Shown here piece by piece: positions 12,189-24,456 of a stretch of 64,000 nucleotides of DNA. How positions within the stretch are numbered: position 1 is the stretch's first letter; every line of letters starts with the position of its first letter. Position numbers and translations under genes: made by a program. The stretch is from Wenzhouxiangella sp. (GTDB lineage: Bacteria; Pseudomonadota; Gammaproteobacteria; Xanthomonadales; Wenzhouxiangellaceae), in contig REEW01000075.1 in assembly GCA_007694885.1 (NCBI GenBank), forward strand, positions 8,551-72,550. Direction: 5' to 3'. The notes beneath the pieces are model-generated. The model was not told the DNA's origin. It worked only from the letters and a program-made list of their open reading frames with translations, and ran no database searches.

Positions 12189-12764
12189 ATGCTGCGCCGC
12201 CTGTTTGCCGTCTTGCTGGCGATCGTGATCCTGATTCTCGTGGTCGGATTCTTTCTGCCGCGCCAGATCGTGGTCGAGCGTTCGCTGGTGATCGATCAGC
12301 CGGCCGAGGTGCTTTTCGAAGTACTGCAGGATTTCCGCCATTTCCGCCACTGGTCGCCGTGGCTGGACCGGGTCTCCGCGGCCGACTTCCGGCTCGAAGG
12401 GCCGCCGGCCGGCACCGGCGCGACCCTGGTCTGGTCCGGCGAGTCCGACGGCGGGGGCGGGCGGATGTGGATCGTTTCGGTGTCGCCGCCGCAGCGCATC
12501 GACCTGGCCCTGGAACTCGGCGAGACCGAGGCCGAGGGCTATTTCCTGATCGACGAGTCAGCCGGTTTCGGCCATGAAGTGACCTGGGGCCTGCGCTTCG
12601 AAGTCGGCACCTTTGATCTGGTCGGCCGCTACATCGGGCTGATGCTGCCGGCCCTGATCGGGCCTGATTACCAGCAAGGCCTGGTCCGATTGTCGGAGTA
12701 CCTGGATCAAACGCCCGGGCGCGTACCCGATGTGGGCGACCCCGAGGAAGAAGGGTCGTCCTGA
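12189..12764 (+). CDS. SRPBCC/polyketide cyclase family protein with N-terminal TM helix
   Basis: VERSLVID, WSPW, G-TGATLVW, C-terminal helix IGPDYQQGL. Confidence 0.75.
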   Translation: MLRRLFAVLLAIVILILVVGFFLPRQIVVERSLVIDQPAEVLFEVLQDFRHFRHWSPWLDRVSAADFRLEGPPAGTGATLVWSGESDGGGGRMWIVSVSPPQRIDLALELGETEAEGYFLIDESAGFGHEVTWGLRFEVGTFDLVGRYIGLMLPALIGPDYQQGLVRLSEYLDQTPGRVPDVGDPEEEGSS

Positions 12765-12803
12765 TGACGCAGTTGAATCAGCTGTTTCTGTAAAACCGTT
12801 TTT

Positions 12804-12893
12804 ACCGCGGATGAACGCAGATAAACGCGGATAAAGGTCAAACAGCAATTCACTATCCGCGTTTATCTGCGTTCATCCGCGTTCATCCGCGGT
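12804..12893. repeat. Long inverted repeat built from 10-bp units
   Basis: 28-bp perfect arms 12806-12833 and 12854-12881 with a 20-nt loop, plus an extra GTTCATCCGC unit on the right; lies between convergent genes. Confidence 0.85.
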
Positions 12894-12951
12894 CATGAAA
12901 TCCCGTTCGGATCGTGGCAACGATGCCTGCGTATTCAATATGGTCCTGGGC

Positions 12952-13674
12952 TCAGTCGTCGGGCGTGAGTGCGCGCATTCGCTCGGTCCAGCAACCAACC
13001 TGGTCGGCCCGCTGGGTACCGGCTTCGAGGACACTGCGAAAGTCTTGGCCGCTGAGCAGGCGCACGCCGAGGCGTTCCAGGTGCGGGTTCCAGACCTGGC
13101 AGTCGACGAGCAGGAAATCCCAGTGTTCCAGGGCGCGCAACAGCCAGGCCAGGGCGATCTTGGATGCATCCCGACGGCGGTGAAACTTCGATTCGGCAAA
13201 AAAGATCTTGCCCAGCGCCAGGCCGTAGACGCCGCCGGCCAGTTCTCCGTCCATCCACACTTCCAGGCTGTGGGCATGGCCCATGCGATGGAGTTCCAGA
13301 AAGGCGTCGCGCAATTGTGCGGTGATCCAGGTGTCGTCGGAGTCGGCGCGGGGGGCGGCACAGGCGTCGATGACGGCGGTGAAGTCGCGGTCCATGGAGA
13401 TCGAGTAGCGGCCGCGGCGCAGGGTTCTGGCCAGACTCCGGCTGATGTGGAGGTGGCCGGGCAGCAGGACCGCGCGCGGTTCGGGCGACCACCACAGAAT
13501 GGGCGATTCCTGGCCGTACCAGGGGAAGATGCCTTGCCGGTAAGCCCGCAGCAGACGCTGCGGCGCCAGGTCCCCGCCCCAGGCCAGCAGACCGTCCGGG
13601 TGGGTGCTTCGGGCCGGGTCGGGAAAAGTCGACCGGGGGTCGGGATGAAGCATGGGAACCACGGTCGGGGACAT
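12952..13674 (-). CDS. aat: Leucyl/phenylalanyl-tRNA--protein transferase
   Basis: DGLLAWGGDL, AYRQGIFPW, WWSPEPR, GHAHSLEVW, GGVYG. Confidence 0.93.
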   Translation of the reverse strand: MSPTVVPMLHPDPRSTFPDPARSTHPDGLLAWGGDLAPQRLLRAYRQGIFPWYGQESPILWWSPEPRAVLLPGHLHISRSLARTLRRGRYSISMDRDFTAVIDACAAPRADSDDTWITAQLRDAFLELHRMGHAHSLEVWMDGELAGGVYGLALGKIFFAESKFHRRRDASKIALAWLLRALEHWDFLLVDCQVWNPHLERLGVRLLSGQDFRSVLEAGTQRADQVGCWTERMRALTPDD

Positions 13675-13690
13675 GCGCGCCAACGTCGTC

Positions 13691-15779
<2,089 letters not shown>

Positions 15780-15933
15780 CTAGAGGGCAGTGTTCAGCGA
15801 GTCGTCTCGGAGCCGGCTCGCTCCTGCTGCGGAGCCGCCGGAATTCATCCAACAGAATAACAGCCGGCCCCCGCGGATCGCGTTCAAATTTGCAATTTGC
15901 CAGCTGCCGTCAACTACATTCTGGAGTTTTGTA

Positions 15934-16989
15934 ATGCGGATTGGAGTGCCACGTGAGATCAAGACCCTGGAAGGCCGGGTCGCGCTCGTGCCGGCGGCCT
16001 GCGGAGACCTGGTCCGGGCCGGCCACGAGGTCTTTCTGGAAACCTCGGCCGGCGACAAGAGCGGCTTCGTCGACGCCGACTTCGAGGGCGTGGGCGTGCA
16101 GATCCTGCCCGACGCCGCGGCCTTGTACGAGAAGGCCGAACTGGTGGTCAAGGTCAAGGAGCCGATCGCCGGGGATCTGGATCATCTGCGCGCCGACCAC
16201 CTGTTGTTCTGTTACCTGCATCTGGCCGCCGAACCCGAGCTGACCCGCCGCCTGCTCGAGATCGGTTTGACCGGCGTGGCCTTCGAGACGGTGGAGGCAG
16301 CGGACGGCTCGCTGCCGCTGCTGGCGCCGATGAGCAACATCGCCGGGCGTATCGGAGTCCAGGTTGGAACCCACTTGCTGCACATGCCGCAAGGCGGGCG
16401 CGGCATTCTGCTCGGCGGCCTGCCGGCCGCCGATCGCGGCCACGTGGTGGTCCTGGGCGCCGGTGCTGCCGGCGGCAACGCCGCCCGCCTGGCGGCAGCC
16501 GCCGGAGCCCGGGTCACGGTGTTCGACAAGCGCCAGGACCGTCTGGCGGAAATGATGGCCATCGGCCCCAACGTCTCGGCCCTGTATCCGTATGCCGAAA
16601 CCGTGGGGGACTTCGTGGCCAGGGCCGACATGGTCATCGGCGCGGTGCTGGTCACCGGCGCGCGCGCCCCGCACGTGGTCACCCGCGAGATGATCGCGGC
16701 GATGGCCGACGGCAGCGTGGTGGTCGATATTTCCGTCGACCAGGGCGGCTGTTTCGAGACCACGCGACCGACCACCTATGCCGACCCGACCTACCGGGTC
16801 GACGGGGTGACCCATTTTGCCGTCACCAACATGCCGGGCGCCGTTCCGCGAACTTCCAGCCAGGCCTTGTGTGCGGCCATTCTGCCCTACGTCCAGCGTA
16901 TGGCGCGTCCCGACTGGGCCGATGCCAACGCCCTGGTCAAGGGCGTGAATGTACGGGCAGGTGAAATCGTCCATCCTGCACTTGCTTAA
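15934..16989 (+). CDS. ald: Alanine dehydrogenase
   Basis: MRIGVPREIK, VKVKEP, YLHLAA, PLLAPMS, DISVDQGGC, NMPGAVP. Confidence 0.92.
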   Translation: MRIGVPREIKTLEGRVALVPAACGDLVRAGHEVFLETSAGDKSGFVDADFEGVGVQILPDAAALYEKAELVVKVKEPIAGDLDHLRADHLLFCYLHLAAEPELTRRLLEIGLTGVAFETVEAADGSLPLLAPMSNIAGRIGVQVGTHLLHMPQGGRGILLGGLPAADRGHVVVLGAGAAGGNAARLAAAAGARVTVFDKRQDRLAEMMAIGPNVSALYPYAETVGDFVARADMVIGAVLVTGARAPHVVTREMIAAMADGSVVVDISVDQGGCFETTRPTTYADPTYRVDGVTHFAVTNMPGAVPRTSSQALCAAILPYVQRMARPDWADANALVKGVNVRAGEIVHPALA

Positions 16990-17034
16990 TCTTTTCAGTT
17001 GTTTGTCAGGCTCTTTTGAAGCAGAATCCATGAG

Positions 17035-19338
17035 ATGAGCCGCGCAGGCGCCAAATCAAAAGCACCGCGTCCCGAGCCGATGGGCACGATGGCGAAGCGA
17101 GTCAGCGAAGCGCTTTTTCTGCTGATCGCGGTGATTGCGCTGTACCTGATGATCAGCCTGCTCAGCTACCACGCCGGGGATCCCGGCTGGTCGCGGGATG
17201 CCGCCGGCGACCCGGTGCGCAACCTGGGCGGCAGCATCGGGGCGTGGATTTCGGACCTGTTTTTGTTCCTGTTCGGCTACATGGCGTACGCGGCCCCGGT
17301 CCTGGTCGGGGTGATCGCCCTGCGGCTTCTGCGCGAGCGCTCCGAGCCGGCCGGCCTGGCCGAATGGGGTGTTCGTGCCGGCGGCCTGGCCCTGGTGGTG
17401 CTGACCGGTTGCGTTCTGCTGGCGCTGCAGTCGCGCGGCGGCCTGGCCGAGCCCGGCGGAATTCTCGGCGACGTGCTTTCCGGCCCGCTGGTCGGGGCCC
17501 TGGGCTTTACCGGCGCGGCCCTGATCAACCTGAGCATCTTTCTGGGCGGCGTGACCTTGCTGACCGGTCTGTCCTGGATTCGGGTGGTTGATCGCACCGG
17601 TTACTGGACCCTGACGCTGATCGAGCGGGGTGGGCGCTATCTGGCCCGCTTGCGCGACTGGATCCACGGGCGACGCGCGCGCGCCGTGCGCGAGGAAGTC
17701 CGCAAGAAGGACACGATCAAACGCAAGAGCCGGCCCGAGGTGCGGATCGAGCCGCGCGTGGCCCCTGAAGTGAATCAGCGCGACGACTACAAGCAGCGTC
17801 AACAGCCGCTGTTCAAGAATCTCCCGGAGGGCGGGTTGCCGCCGCTGGACCTGCTCGACGAGGCCGAAACCCAGACCTCGGGGTATTCGGAAGACACGCT
17901 CAAGGCCATGAGCCGCCAGGTGGAACTCAAGCTGGCCGATTTCGGGGTCGAGGCCGAAGTCGTGGCGGTGCATCCCGGGCCGGTCATCACCCGCTTCGAA
18001 CTGCAGCCGGCCCCGGGGGTCAAGGGCGCCCAGATTTCCAACCTGGCCAAGGACCTGGCACGCGGACTCAGCGTCATCTCCGTGCGCGTTGTTGACGTCA
18101 TTCCGGGCAAGAGCGTGATCGGCCTGGAAATCCCGAACCAGAACCGGGAAATCGTGCACCTGCGCGAAATCCTGTCCTCCGAGACCTATGTCAAGGCCGG
18201 TTCCGCTCTTACCATCGGTCTGGGCAAGAGCATCTCGGGCAAGCCGCTGACCGCCGACATCTCGCGCATGCCGCACCTGCTGGTCGCCGGTACGACCGGC
18301 TCGGGCAAGTCGGTGGCGATCAACGCCATGATCCTGAGCCTGCTCTACAAGGCGACCCCGGACCAGGTCCGCCTGATCATGGTCGACCCCAAGATGCTGG
18401 AGCTGTCGGTCTACGAGGGCATTCCGCACCTGCTCACCCCGGTGGTCACCGACATGAAGGAAGCGGCCAACGCCCTGCGCTGGTGTGTGGCCGAAATGGA
18501 GCGCCGCTACCGGCTGATGGCGACCCTGGGGGTGCGCAACCTGGCCGGCTACAACCGCAAGATAAAGGAAGCCAACGACCGGAATCAGCCGATTCCCGAT
18601 CCCCTGGTCAGCCCGGAAAGCCTGGGCGAGGGCGAGTCCCAGCCGAGCCTGGAGCGGCTGCCGTTCATCGTCGTCGTCGTCGACGAGTTTGCCGACATGA
18701 TGATGATCGTCGGCAAGAAGGTCGAGCAGCTGATCGCGCGCCTGGCGCAGAAGGCACGGGCTTCGGGAATCCATCTCATCCTCGCCACCCAGCGGCCTTC
18801 GGTGGACGTCATCACCGGCCTGATCAAGGCCAACATCCCCACCCGCATGGCCTTCCAGGTTTCATCCCGCATCGATTCGCGCACGATCCTCGACCAGCAG
18901 GGCGCCGAGCAGTTGCTCGGCCACGGCGACATGCTGTATCTGCCGCCCGGTTCCGGTTTGCCGGAACGAGTCCACGGTGCCTTTGTCGACGATCACGAGG
19001 TCCACCAGGTGGCCAGCTGGCTCAAGCAGCAGGGCGAGCCGGATTACCTCGAAGAAGTTCTGGCCGAAACCCAGACCACCAGCGATGGCCTGACCATCGG
19101 CGCCAACGGCCTGCCCGAAAGCGGCGGCGGGGATTCGGAGGATGAACTTTACGACAAGGCGGTTGCCTACGTACTGGAGAGCCGCAGAGCGTCGATTTCC
19201 AGCGTTCAGCGCCAGCTGCGCATCGGCTACAACCGGGCCGCCCGGCTGATCGAGGAAATGGAGGCCCAGGGAGTGGTCAGCCCGCCCGAGCACAACGGCC
19301 AGCGCGAAGTGCTGGCACCCGCCCCGCCGCGCGACTGA
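17035..19338 (+). CDS. ftsK: DNA translocase FtsK
   Basis: N-terminal TM region, [24 protein letters not shown], gamma domain [11 protein letters not shown]. Confidence 0.96.
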   Translation: MSRAGAKSKAPRPEPMGTMAKRVSEALFLLIAVIALYLMISLLSYHAGDPGWSRDAAGDPVRNLGGSIGAWISDLFLFLFGYMAYAAPVLVGVIALRLLRERSEPAGLAEWGVRAGGLALVVLTGCVLLALQSRGGLAEPGGILGDVLSGPLVGALGFTGAALINLSIFLGGVTLLTGLSWIRVVDRTGYWTLTLIERGGRYLARLRDWIHGRRARAVREEVRKKDTIKRKSRPEVRIEPRVAPEVNQRDDYKQRQQPLFKNLPEGGLPPLDLLDEAETQTSGYSEDTLKAMSRQVELKLADFGVEAEVVAVHPGPVITRFELQPAPGVKGAQISNLAKDLARGLSVISVRVVDVIPGKSVIGLEIPNQNREIVHLREILSSETYVKAGSALTIGLGKSISGKPLTADISRMPHLLVAGTTGSGKSVAINAMILSLLYKATPDQVRLIMVDPKMLELSVYEGIPHLLTPVVTDMKEAANALRWCVAEMERRYRLMATLGVRNLAGYNRKIKEANDRNQPIPDPLVSPESLGEGESQPSLERLPFIVVVVDEFADMMMIVGKKVEQLIARLAQKARASGIHLILATQRPSVDVITGLIKANIPTRMAFQVSSRIDSRTILDQQGAEQLLGHGDMLYLPPGSGLPERVHGAFVDDHEVHQVASWLKQQGEPDYLEEVLAETQTTSDGLTIGANGLPESGGGDSEDELYDKAVAYVLESRRASISSVQRQLRIGYNRAARLIEEMEAQGVVSPPEHNGQREVLAPAPPRD

Positions 19339-19386
19339 GCTCAGCGCCTGGCCGTTCGTCGTCCCACCAAGCACGAGGAGATCGTC

Positions 19387-20010
19387 TTGTCGCGCAATCG
19401 TTTATTTCTGCTGGTTTTACTGTTCCCGGCCCTGGCCTTGGCGGGCACCTGTGGCGGGACCGACGCCCGAACTCAGCTCGAGCATTTCGCCGAAGGGCTG
19501 GAGTCGCTGTCGGGCGAGTTTCGTCAGGTCATCACCGACCAGGACGGCTTCATCCTCGAGGAGTCGAGCGGGAGCATGAAGTTTCTGGCGCCGGACCGCT
19601 TCCGCTGGGATTATGTCGAACCGTTTCCTCAACAGCTGGTGGCCGACGGGGAGCGCCTGTGGCATTTCGACGAGGCCCTGGACCAGGTCACCGTGCGTGA
19701 CCAGCCCGAGGCGGCTGAATCGCCGCTGCTGGTGCTGACCCGTCCGGAACTGCTCGATCGCTTCTACCGGCTCGAGCCCAGCGATGAAACCGACCGGCTG
19801 GTGTTCTCCCCGCTCGAGCCAGACGGCGACTTCGAACGCGCCACTCTCCAGTTCCGCGACGGCGTGCCGGCGGCGCTGGAGCTGATCGACCGTCTGGTCG
19901 GCCAGACCACCTTGCTGGAGCTGATCGATCTGCAGCGCAACCCGGGCTTGAGCGATGACGACTTCTACTTCGAGCCGCCGCCGGGCGTGGACATCCTGGA
20001 AGGTTACTGA
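19387..20010 (+). CDS. lolA: Outer membrane lipoprotein chaperone LolA
   Basis: Signal peptide, PDRFRW, ADGERLW..LDQVT; follows ftsK. Confidence 0.9.
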   Translation: MSRNRLFLLVLLFPALALAGTCGGTDARTQLEHFAEGLESLSGEFRQVITDQDGFILEESSGSMKFLAPDRFRWDYVEPFPQQLVADGERLWHFDEALDQVTVRDQPEAAESPLLVLTRPELLDRFYRLEPSDETDRLVFSPLEPDGDFERATLQFRDGVPAALELIDRLVGQTTLLELIDLQRNPGLSDDDFYFEPPPGVDILEGY

Positions 20011-20489
20011 TCGTCGCGGCGCACGCTGCCCGGCTGGCGACCTCCAAGCGCGGAAAAACGCTCCTCCCGTGTCTGGGTCTGCGGTTGCGAAGGCAGCGGT
20101 TGCGGCCGCTGTTCCGGCCTGGTCGGACGGGTCAGCCAGTAGGGCACGTACACGTTGCGCGTGCCGGTGCCCGGTGGATCCGCCCGAGGAGGTTCTGGTG
20201 ACCGGGCTGGGGGCTGCTCGGCGCGCATCTCCGCCCGTTCGCGCCGCTGCTCGATGAAGGCCCGATTGAGCGCAGCGCGCTCGGCGACGTCGTCGCTGCC
20301 GGCGATCACGCTGAGTCTGCCGCGGCCCTGGTAGGGCTCGGCCTGTTCATCGCAGGGCCGATCGCTGAAAGTGACCACGCCGCTGTCGTCGCTGCAGCGG
20401 TAGACCGGGGTGTCGGCCTGGAGTGCGGTCGGCAGCAACAGAATCGGCCAAAACAGGCCCAAGGCGAGCACAACTGAATTCGCATTCAT
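20004..20489 (-). CDS. DUF4124-domain secreted protein
   Basis: Signal peptide, then VYRCSDDSGVVTFSDRPC. Confidence 0.7.
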   Translation of the reverse strand: MNANSVVLALGLFWPILLLPTALQADTPVYRCSDDSGVVTFSDRPCDEQAEPYQGRGRLSVIAGSDDVAERAALNRAFIEQRRERAEMRAEQPPARSPEPPRADPPGTGTRNVYVPYWLTRPTRPEQRPQPLPSQPQTQTREERFSALGGRQPGSVRRDDQ

Positions 20490-20533
20490 GACCCGAGTGT
20501 AGCAAACCGGGCCTTTTGGGAAATGTACCTGGC

Positions 20534-21256
20534 TCAGTAGCCGTCGGGCCGATGGAACAGGCGCCGCAGGCGCGCGCCCAGACCGTCGGCGTTGACCACC
20601 ACGATGAAGACCTTGCGCAGGCGATCTTCCGGGCAATCCAGCGCCTTGACGCCGTGCCAGGAGTTGCCCTGGCGCTGGAACAGCAACGATCGATTGCCCA
20701 TGGCCTCGGCCGTCCAGGAACGGTCGAAATCCTCGAAATCCGGGGCGCTGGCGCGGGAGAAGCGACCGCCGTCATCGAGGATGACGGTTTGTCCACCCCA
20801 GTCGCGGTCCCACTCGTCCTCGGTGTTGAAATAAAAGATGTGCGAGCCCAGTTTGCGCCTGGCGTCGCAGTGGGGAGAGACCGACGCTCCGCGCGGGGCG
20901 TAGTGCCAGTGATAGCTGAGACGGAACTTGCGGGTTGCAAACAGGCGCGCCAGCCAGTCCTGGTAGGCCGGGCCGTTGAGCTCGGCAACGAAATCATGCC
21001 AGACGCGATGAACCTCGAGCTCGGGCCGGTACTCCAGGGCGTAGCGGTCGTGCGGTTGTTGCCCGTGCGCCCGCTTGCGGCCGAAGCTCGCTTTCATCAT
21101 GTCCAGCGGCGGCATGTTGGCACGCAGCAGATCGAAGGCTTCCGGCCTCAGCAATCCTTCGGGGTTCAGCCATGGGTAAGGATCGGCCTTGCGAAAGGTG
21201 TCGGTGGCAATGGCGCTGAACTGGCGCTGGTCAAGAATGTTCAAGGCGTTGGTCAT
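20534..21256 (-). CDS. 2OG-Fe(II) oxygenase
   Basis: HxD (PHCD), WGGQT, distal His (SWHGV), RKVF Arg. Confidence 0.8.
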   Translation of the reverse strand: MTNALNILDQRQFSAIATDTFRKADPYPWLNPEGLLRPEAFDLLRANMPPLDMMKASFGRKRAHGQQPHDRYALEYRPELEVHRVWHDFVAELNGPAYQDWLARLFATRKFRLSYHWHYAPRGASVSPHCDARRKLGSHIFYFNTEDEWDRDWGGQTVILDDGGRFSRASAPDFEDFDRSWTAEAMGNRSLLFQRQGNSWHGVKALDCPEDRLRKVFIVVVNADGLGARLRRLFHRPDGY

Positions 21257-23504
21257 GGCGGGACAATCTTCGGGTTTGAGAGCGTTCGTGCGTTTCCAGG
21301 GAAACGCGCAGCGTGCGTGCGGCGGTGATGACGGCCTGGTCCAGTTCATCGATCGCGGGACTGAATCCAGTCGGCAGGGGTTGGCCGAAGGGGGCGGCCA
21401 GGCCCTTGTCGTAGAGCATCCGGTGCAGTTTTTCGACGTTGCGCGGCGGCAGGATCCAGCCGCGTTCCAGCGCCCGCGCGCACAGGTAGGTCTGGCCCTG
21501 CTGCGGGCGAATGCTGCCGCGTCGGTTGAAGCGCGGACGAACCGCGCGATCGGCGATTTCGGCGCTCAGGCGTTGCCAGGCGCCTGGGCGCCGCGCCGGC
21601 GTCGGCCAGATCAGGAACGGCCGGCCGCGGCCGGCCGCATCGGCCAGCATGGATTCGCTTTCTCCAGTGACCATCAGAACGTCACTGCTCGCAAGCGCCA
21701 GGCCGTACGGGTTGTCCTGATCGTGCTCTTCCCAGGAATACAAATGATCGTTTCCGGCCAGTCCGTCTTGCAGGGCATCGAGGATGTCGAGGCTGCGGCG
21801 GCCGGTGACCAGCAGCAGCCGGGCAGACTGCGAATTGGCGAATGCCGAGGCCTGCCGGGCCAGTTCGCGGGCAGCCGCGGCATCGAGATGGTGCGAGCGC
21901 GAGCTGCCGCCGACCAGAACCGCGACTTTGCGCTCGGCGTCAAGCCAGGATTGCCAGCGGTCGGTTGTCGAAGCGCGCGGCGTATGTCCGCTGTTCAGGG
22001 GCAGAGTCGTGGTGATCCGGTTCGGGTGCGGCGGCAGGTCGAAGTGCCGACACTGGATGAGCACGCTGCCCAGCGCCTCGGCCGGCCCGGCCTTGCGTCC
22101 GCTCAGGATCAGGCGCTGGGTCGGGTCCTGCGCCTGCATGTCGCGTGCGATCCGGGTCGGCAGCCAGCCCCCGGCGACCACGATTCCTCCGGCCAGGCTC
22201 GGGTTGATGTCCGGACAGCTGCGGCGTCCGAACAGGCGCCGAAGAACAAAACCGGTCTCGCTGCACTGAATCGGAATTTCGAGCAGTTCGCGCCCGCTGA
22301 GGCCGGCCAGGTGTCGCCCGATGGCGCGGGCCTGGTTGTTGTGACCGGGCTTGCGGTGACAAATGACCTTGACCGGACCGGCCTCGGCCGGCCCGCCGAC
22401 AAAACGCCGGACCCGCCCCCAGGGGCTGCGATAGCGCAGCGTCCAGCGAACCGACGGATGCATGCGCGCTGCCGCCATGAGTTGTTGTTGCCAGTACCAG
22501 AGGCTGCGCCGGGTTCGATGCCGGCCATGCAGCTTGGGTTCGTCAACGGCCACGCGGATCGATTCGCAAGTGCTGAACAGGCGCTCGAGCACCCACGGCA
22601 GATCCTGGTCCGGGAGGTATTCCAGCAGGCCATCGACGGTGCGCTCGGGCACCCGGACGGCCGGCTTTTTCGGCCCCAGCAAGGTGCGCCACTGGGGCGC
22701 CATGCGGGCCGCCGAGCGCGGCCACTGGCTCGACGGGCGGCTGGCGGTGACCGACAGGAAGCCGGCCTGGTCGGCTTCGCCCTCTAGATTCGGCCAGAGC
22801 GGGTCGGTCGGATTGTCGAAGTAGACGAATTCGGCCGGAAAGGGTCGCCATGGCTGGGTATGCAGCGTGGTGAAATGGACCAGGTGCGAGCGTTCGGGAT
22901 CGTACTCGCTGTCGCGGGCGTTCCAGCCTGCATCCAGTTCTGCCCATAGCCCGGCCCGGCGCGCCCTGGCTTCGAGCGCCTTGCGGCCGAGGCGGCGCAC
23001 GTCGTGGGCGTTCCAGACCTCGCTCATGCGCTGGCAGTCGATCAGCATCACCGAGGTGTCGCGATCGTTGATCGACAGAAAGCCGGCCTGATCCATCGGG
23101 GTGTCGAACAGCAGGGCCGGATCCTTCAGGTAGATCTGGTCGGTGTCGTTGTAGATCGCCTTGCCCTTGAGGCCGGCAAAAGCGGGAATGGCAAAGCGAT
23201 AGTTGGTGAATCCGGTCAACCAGAAGCGGCGCTTGAAGCCCTTGAGGTCCCGCATTAGATAGATTTCGTAAATTCTTGAAGAATCTCGATGTTTTTCAAC
23301 AGACCAGATGAACACGCGCTCGGCGCGGAACTGTCCGCGCTCGGTGCCGAGATAAATTCGCACCGGAGGTTTACTGGACGGGCGGACTCCGTTCCTGACC
23401 CCGAGGACGATGCGTTCGGGCTGGTCTTGCCGGGCCGGGGGGCGGCTGGCGTTCAGGGCGGCCGGCTTGAGTCCGCGCAGGATTCGCTGAGTCAGCAAGG
23501 GCAT
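21231..23504 (-). CDS. Fusion: GT-A glycosyltransferase + ELM1/GT-B-like (mitochondrial fission ELM1 family) domain
   Basis: N-terminal TGFTNYRF, YNDTDQ (DxD), TSVMLIDC, HFTTLHTQPW; C-terminal KPGHNNQ, VLVGG, NPYGLAL, VTGESESM. Confidence 0.7.
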   Translation of the reverse strand: MPLLTQRILRGLKPAALNASRPPARQDQPERIVLGVRNGVRPSSKPPVRIYLGTERGQFRAERVFIWSVEKHRDSSRIYEIYLMRDLKGFKRRFWLTGFTNYRFAIPAFAGLKGKAIYNDTDQIYLKDPALLFDTPMDQAGFLSINDRDTSVMLIDCQRMSEVWNAHDVRRLGRKALEARARRAGLWAELDAGWNARDSEYDPERSHLVHFTTLHTQPWRPFPAEFVYFDNPTDPLWPNLEGEADQAGFLSVTASRPSSQWPRSAARMAPQWRTLLGPKKPAVRVPERTVDGLLEYLPDQDLPWVLERLFSTCESIRVAVDEPKLHGRHRTRRSLWYWQQQLMAAARMHPSVRWTLRYRSPWGRVRRFVGGPAEAGPVKVICHRKPGHNNQARAIGRHLAGLSGRELLEIPIQCSETGFVLRRLFGRRSCPDINPSLAGGIVVAGGWLPTRIARDMQAQDPTQRLILSGRKAGPAEALGSVLIQCRHFDLPPHPNRITTTLPLNSGHTPRASTTDRWQSWLDAERKVAVLVGGSSRSHHLDAAAARELARQASAFANSQSARLLLVTGRRSLDILDALQDGLAGNDHLYSWEEHDQDNPYGLALASSDVLMVTGESESMLADAAGRGRPFLIWPTPARRPGAWQRLSAEIADRAVRPRFNRRGSIRPQQGQTYLCARALERGWILPPRNVEKLHRMLYDKGLAAPFGQPLPTGFSPAIDELDQAVITAARTLRVSLETHERSQTRRLSRHDQRLEHS

Positions 23505-23517
23505 CGGACGGGTCCTG

Positions 23518-24456
23518 TCAACGATGAAGTTTCGGGCTGGCGTCGGCTGGCGGCGATTCCGGCTTGAAAGGATGCCGCGACCAGCGTCGCTGATGCCAGC
23601 TCCACCACTGGGGATGGGCCAGGATGTGAGCCTGCATCATGTCGACCAGGATTTTAACCTCTTCAGCCAGGCCGCGTTCGTTGTTCATCAAGATCGGTTC
23701 GGAGAGGCGGAAATGCCAGTGCCGGTCGACGCCGACCAGCCATGCCGGCACCACGCAGGCCCCGGTGCGCCGGGCCATCTCCACCGGGCCCGGCGGCATG
23801 TGCAGCCGCTTGTGGAGAAAGTCGACCGGCACTCCGCCGGTCTTGCTGGCCTGGTCCATGAGGATGAAAATCACCTGGTTGGCCTTCAGCGCGGCGAGCA
23901 TTTTCCGCACCCCCGCTGCCGCCGGCTGCGCCGGAATCGCCTTGAGTCCCTGGCGTTCGATGCCGTCGCGGAAAAAGTCCGGCGTGATCTTGTTGGATTC
24001 GCGGTAGACCACGTGCACCGGGTAGCCAGCGGTGACCAGGTGAACGGCCAGGGCTACGCCGTTGCCCATGTGCATGCCGAGCAGGACGACCCCGCGCCCG
24101 CGATCCAGGGCACGATCCAGCGCTTCCAGGCCGCTGACCCGGCATGCGCCGGCAGTCTGCTCTGCGCTGATGGAACCCGAGTACAGAGCGAGAATCTCGA
24201 AGATGGCCCGATCGTTGATGCGGTAGGCCTCGCGCAGGATCTCGCCGAGGTCAGCACTGGCGGCCGGTCGGGGGCCCAGAACCCGGGCCAGCTGCCGGGT
24301 CAGCTGGCGTCTTTTCTTGCCATCAAGCCGGTAGTGCCAGGCGCCGAGCGTCTCGCCGATGCGGCGCAACGCCGCCCCACCGCCCACCAGGGCGGTGAGC
24401 CGGGCGGTGTGGCGCAGCAGGTGGAACCCGGCCCGCCGGAGCCGTCTGCGCATCAT
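23518..24456 (-). CDS. LpxL/HtrB-like lysophospholipid acyltransferase family protein
   Basis: GRGVVLLGMHMGN, ILMDQ, VDFL, PQWWSWHQRRW. Confidence 0.8.
   Translation of the reverse strand: MMRRRLRRAGFHLLRHTARLTALVGGGAALRRIGETLGAWHYRLDGKKRRQLTRQLARVLGPRPAASADLGEILREAYRINDRAIFEILALYSGSISAEQTAGACRVSGLEALDRALDRGRGVVLLGMHMGNGVALAVHLVTAGYPVHVVYRESNKITPDFFRDGIERQGLKAIPAQPAAAGVRKMLAALKANQVIFILMDQASKTGGVPVDFLHKRLHMPPGPVEMARRTGACVVPAWLVGVDRHWHFRLSEPILMNNERGLAEEVKILVDMMQAHILAHPQWWSWHQRRWSRHPFKPESPPADASPKLHR

Noticed and set aside
12804-12893. CRISPR array
   Set aside because: 10-bp units without spacers, inverted arrangement, and no cas genes.
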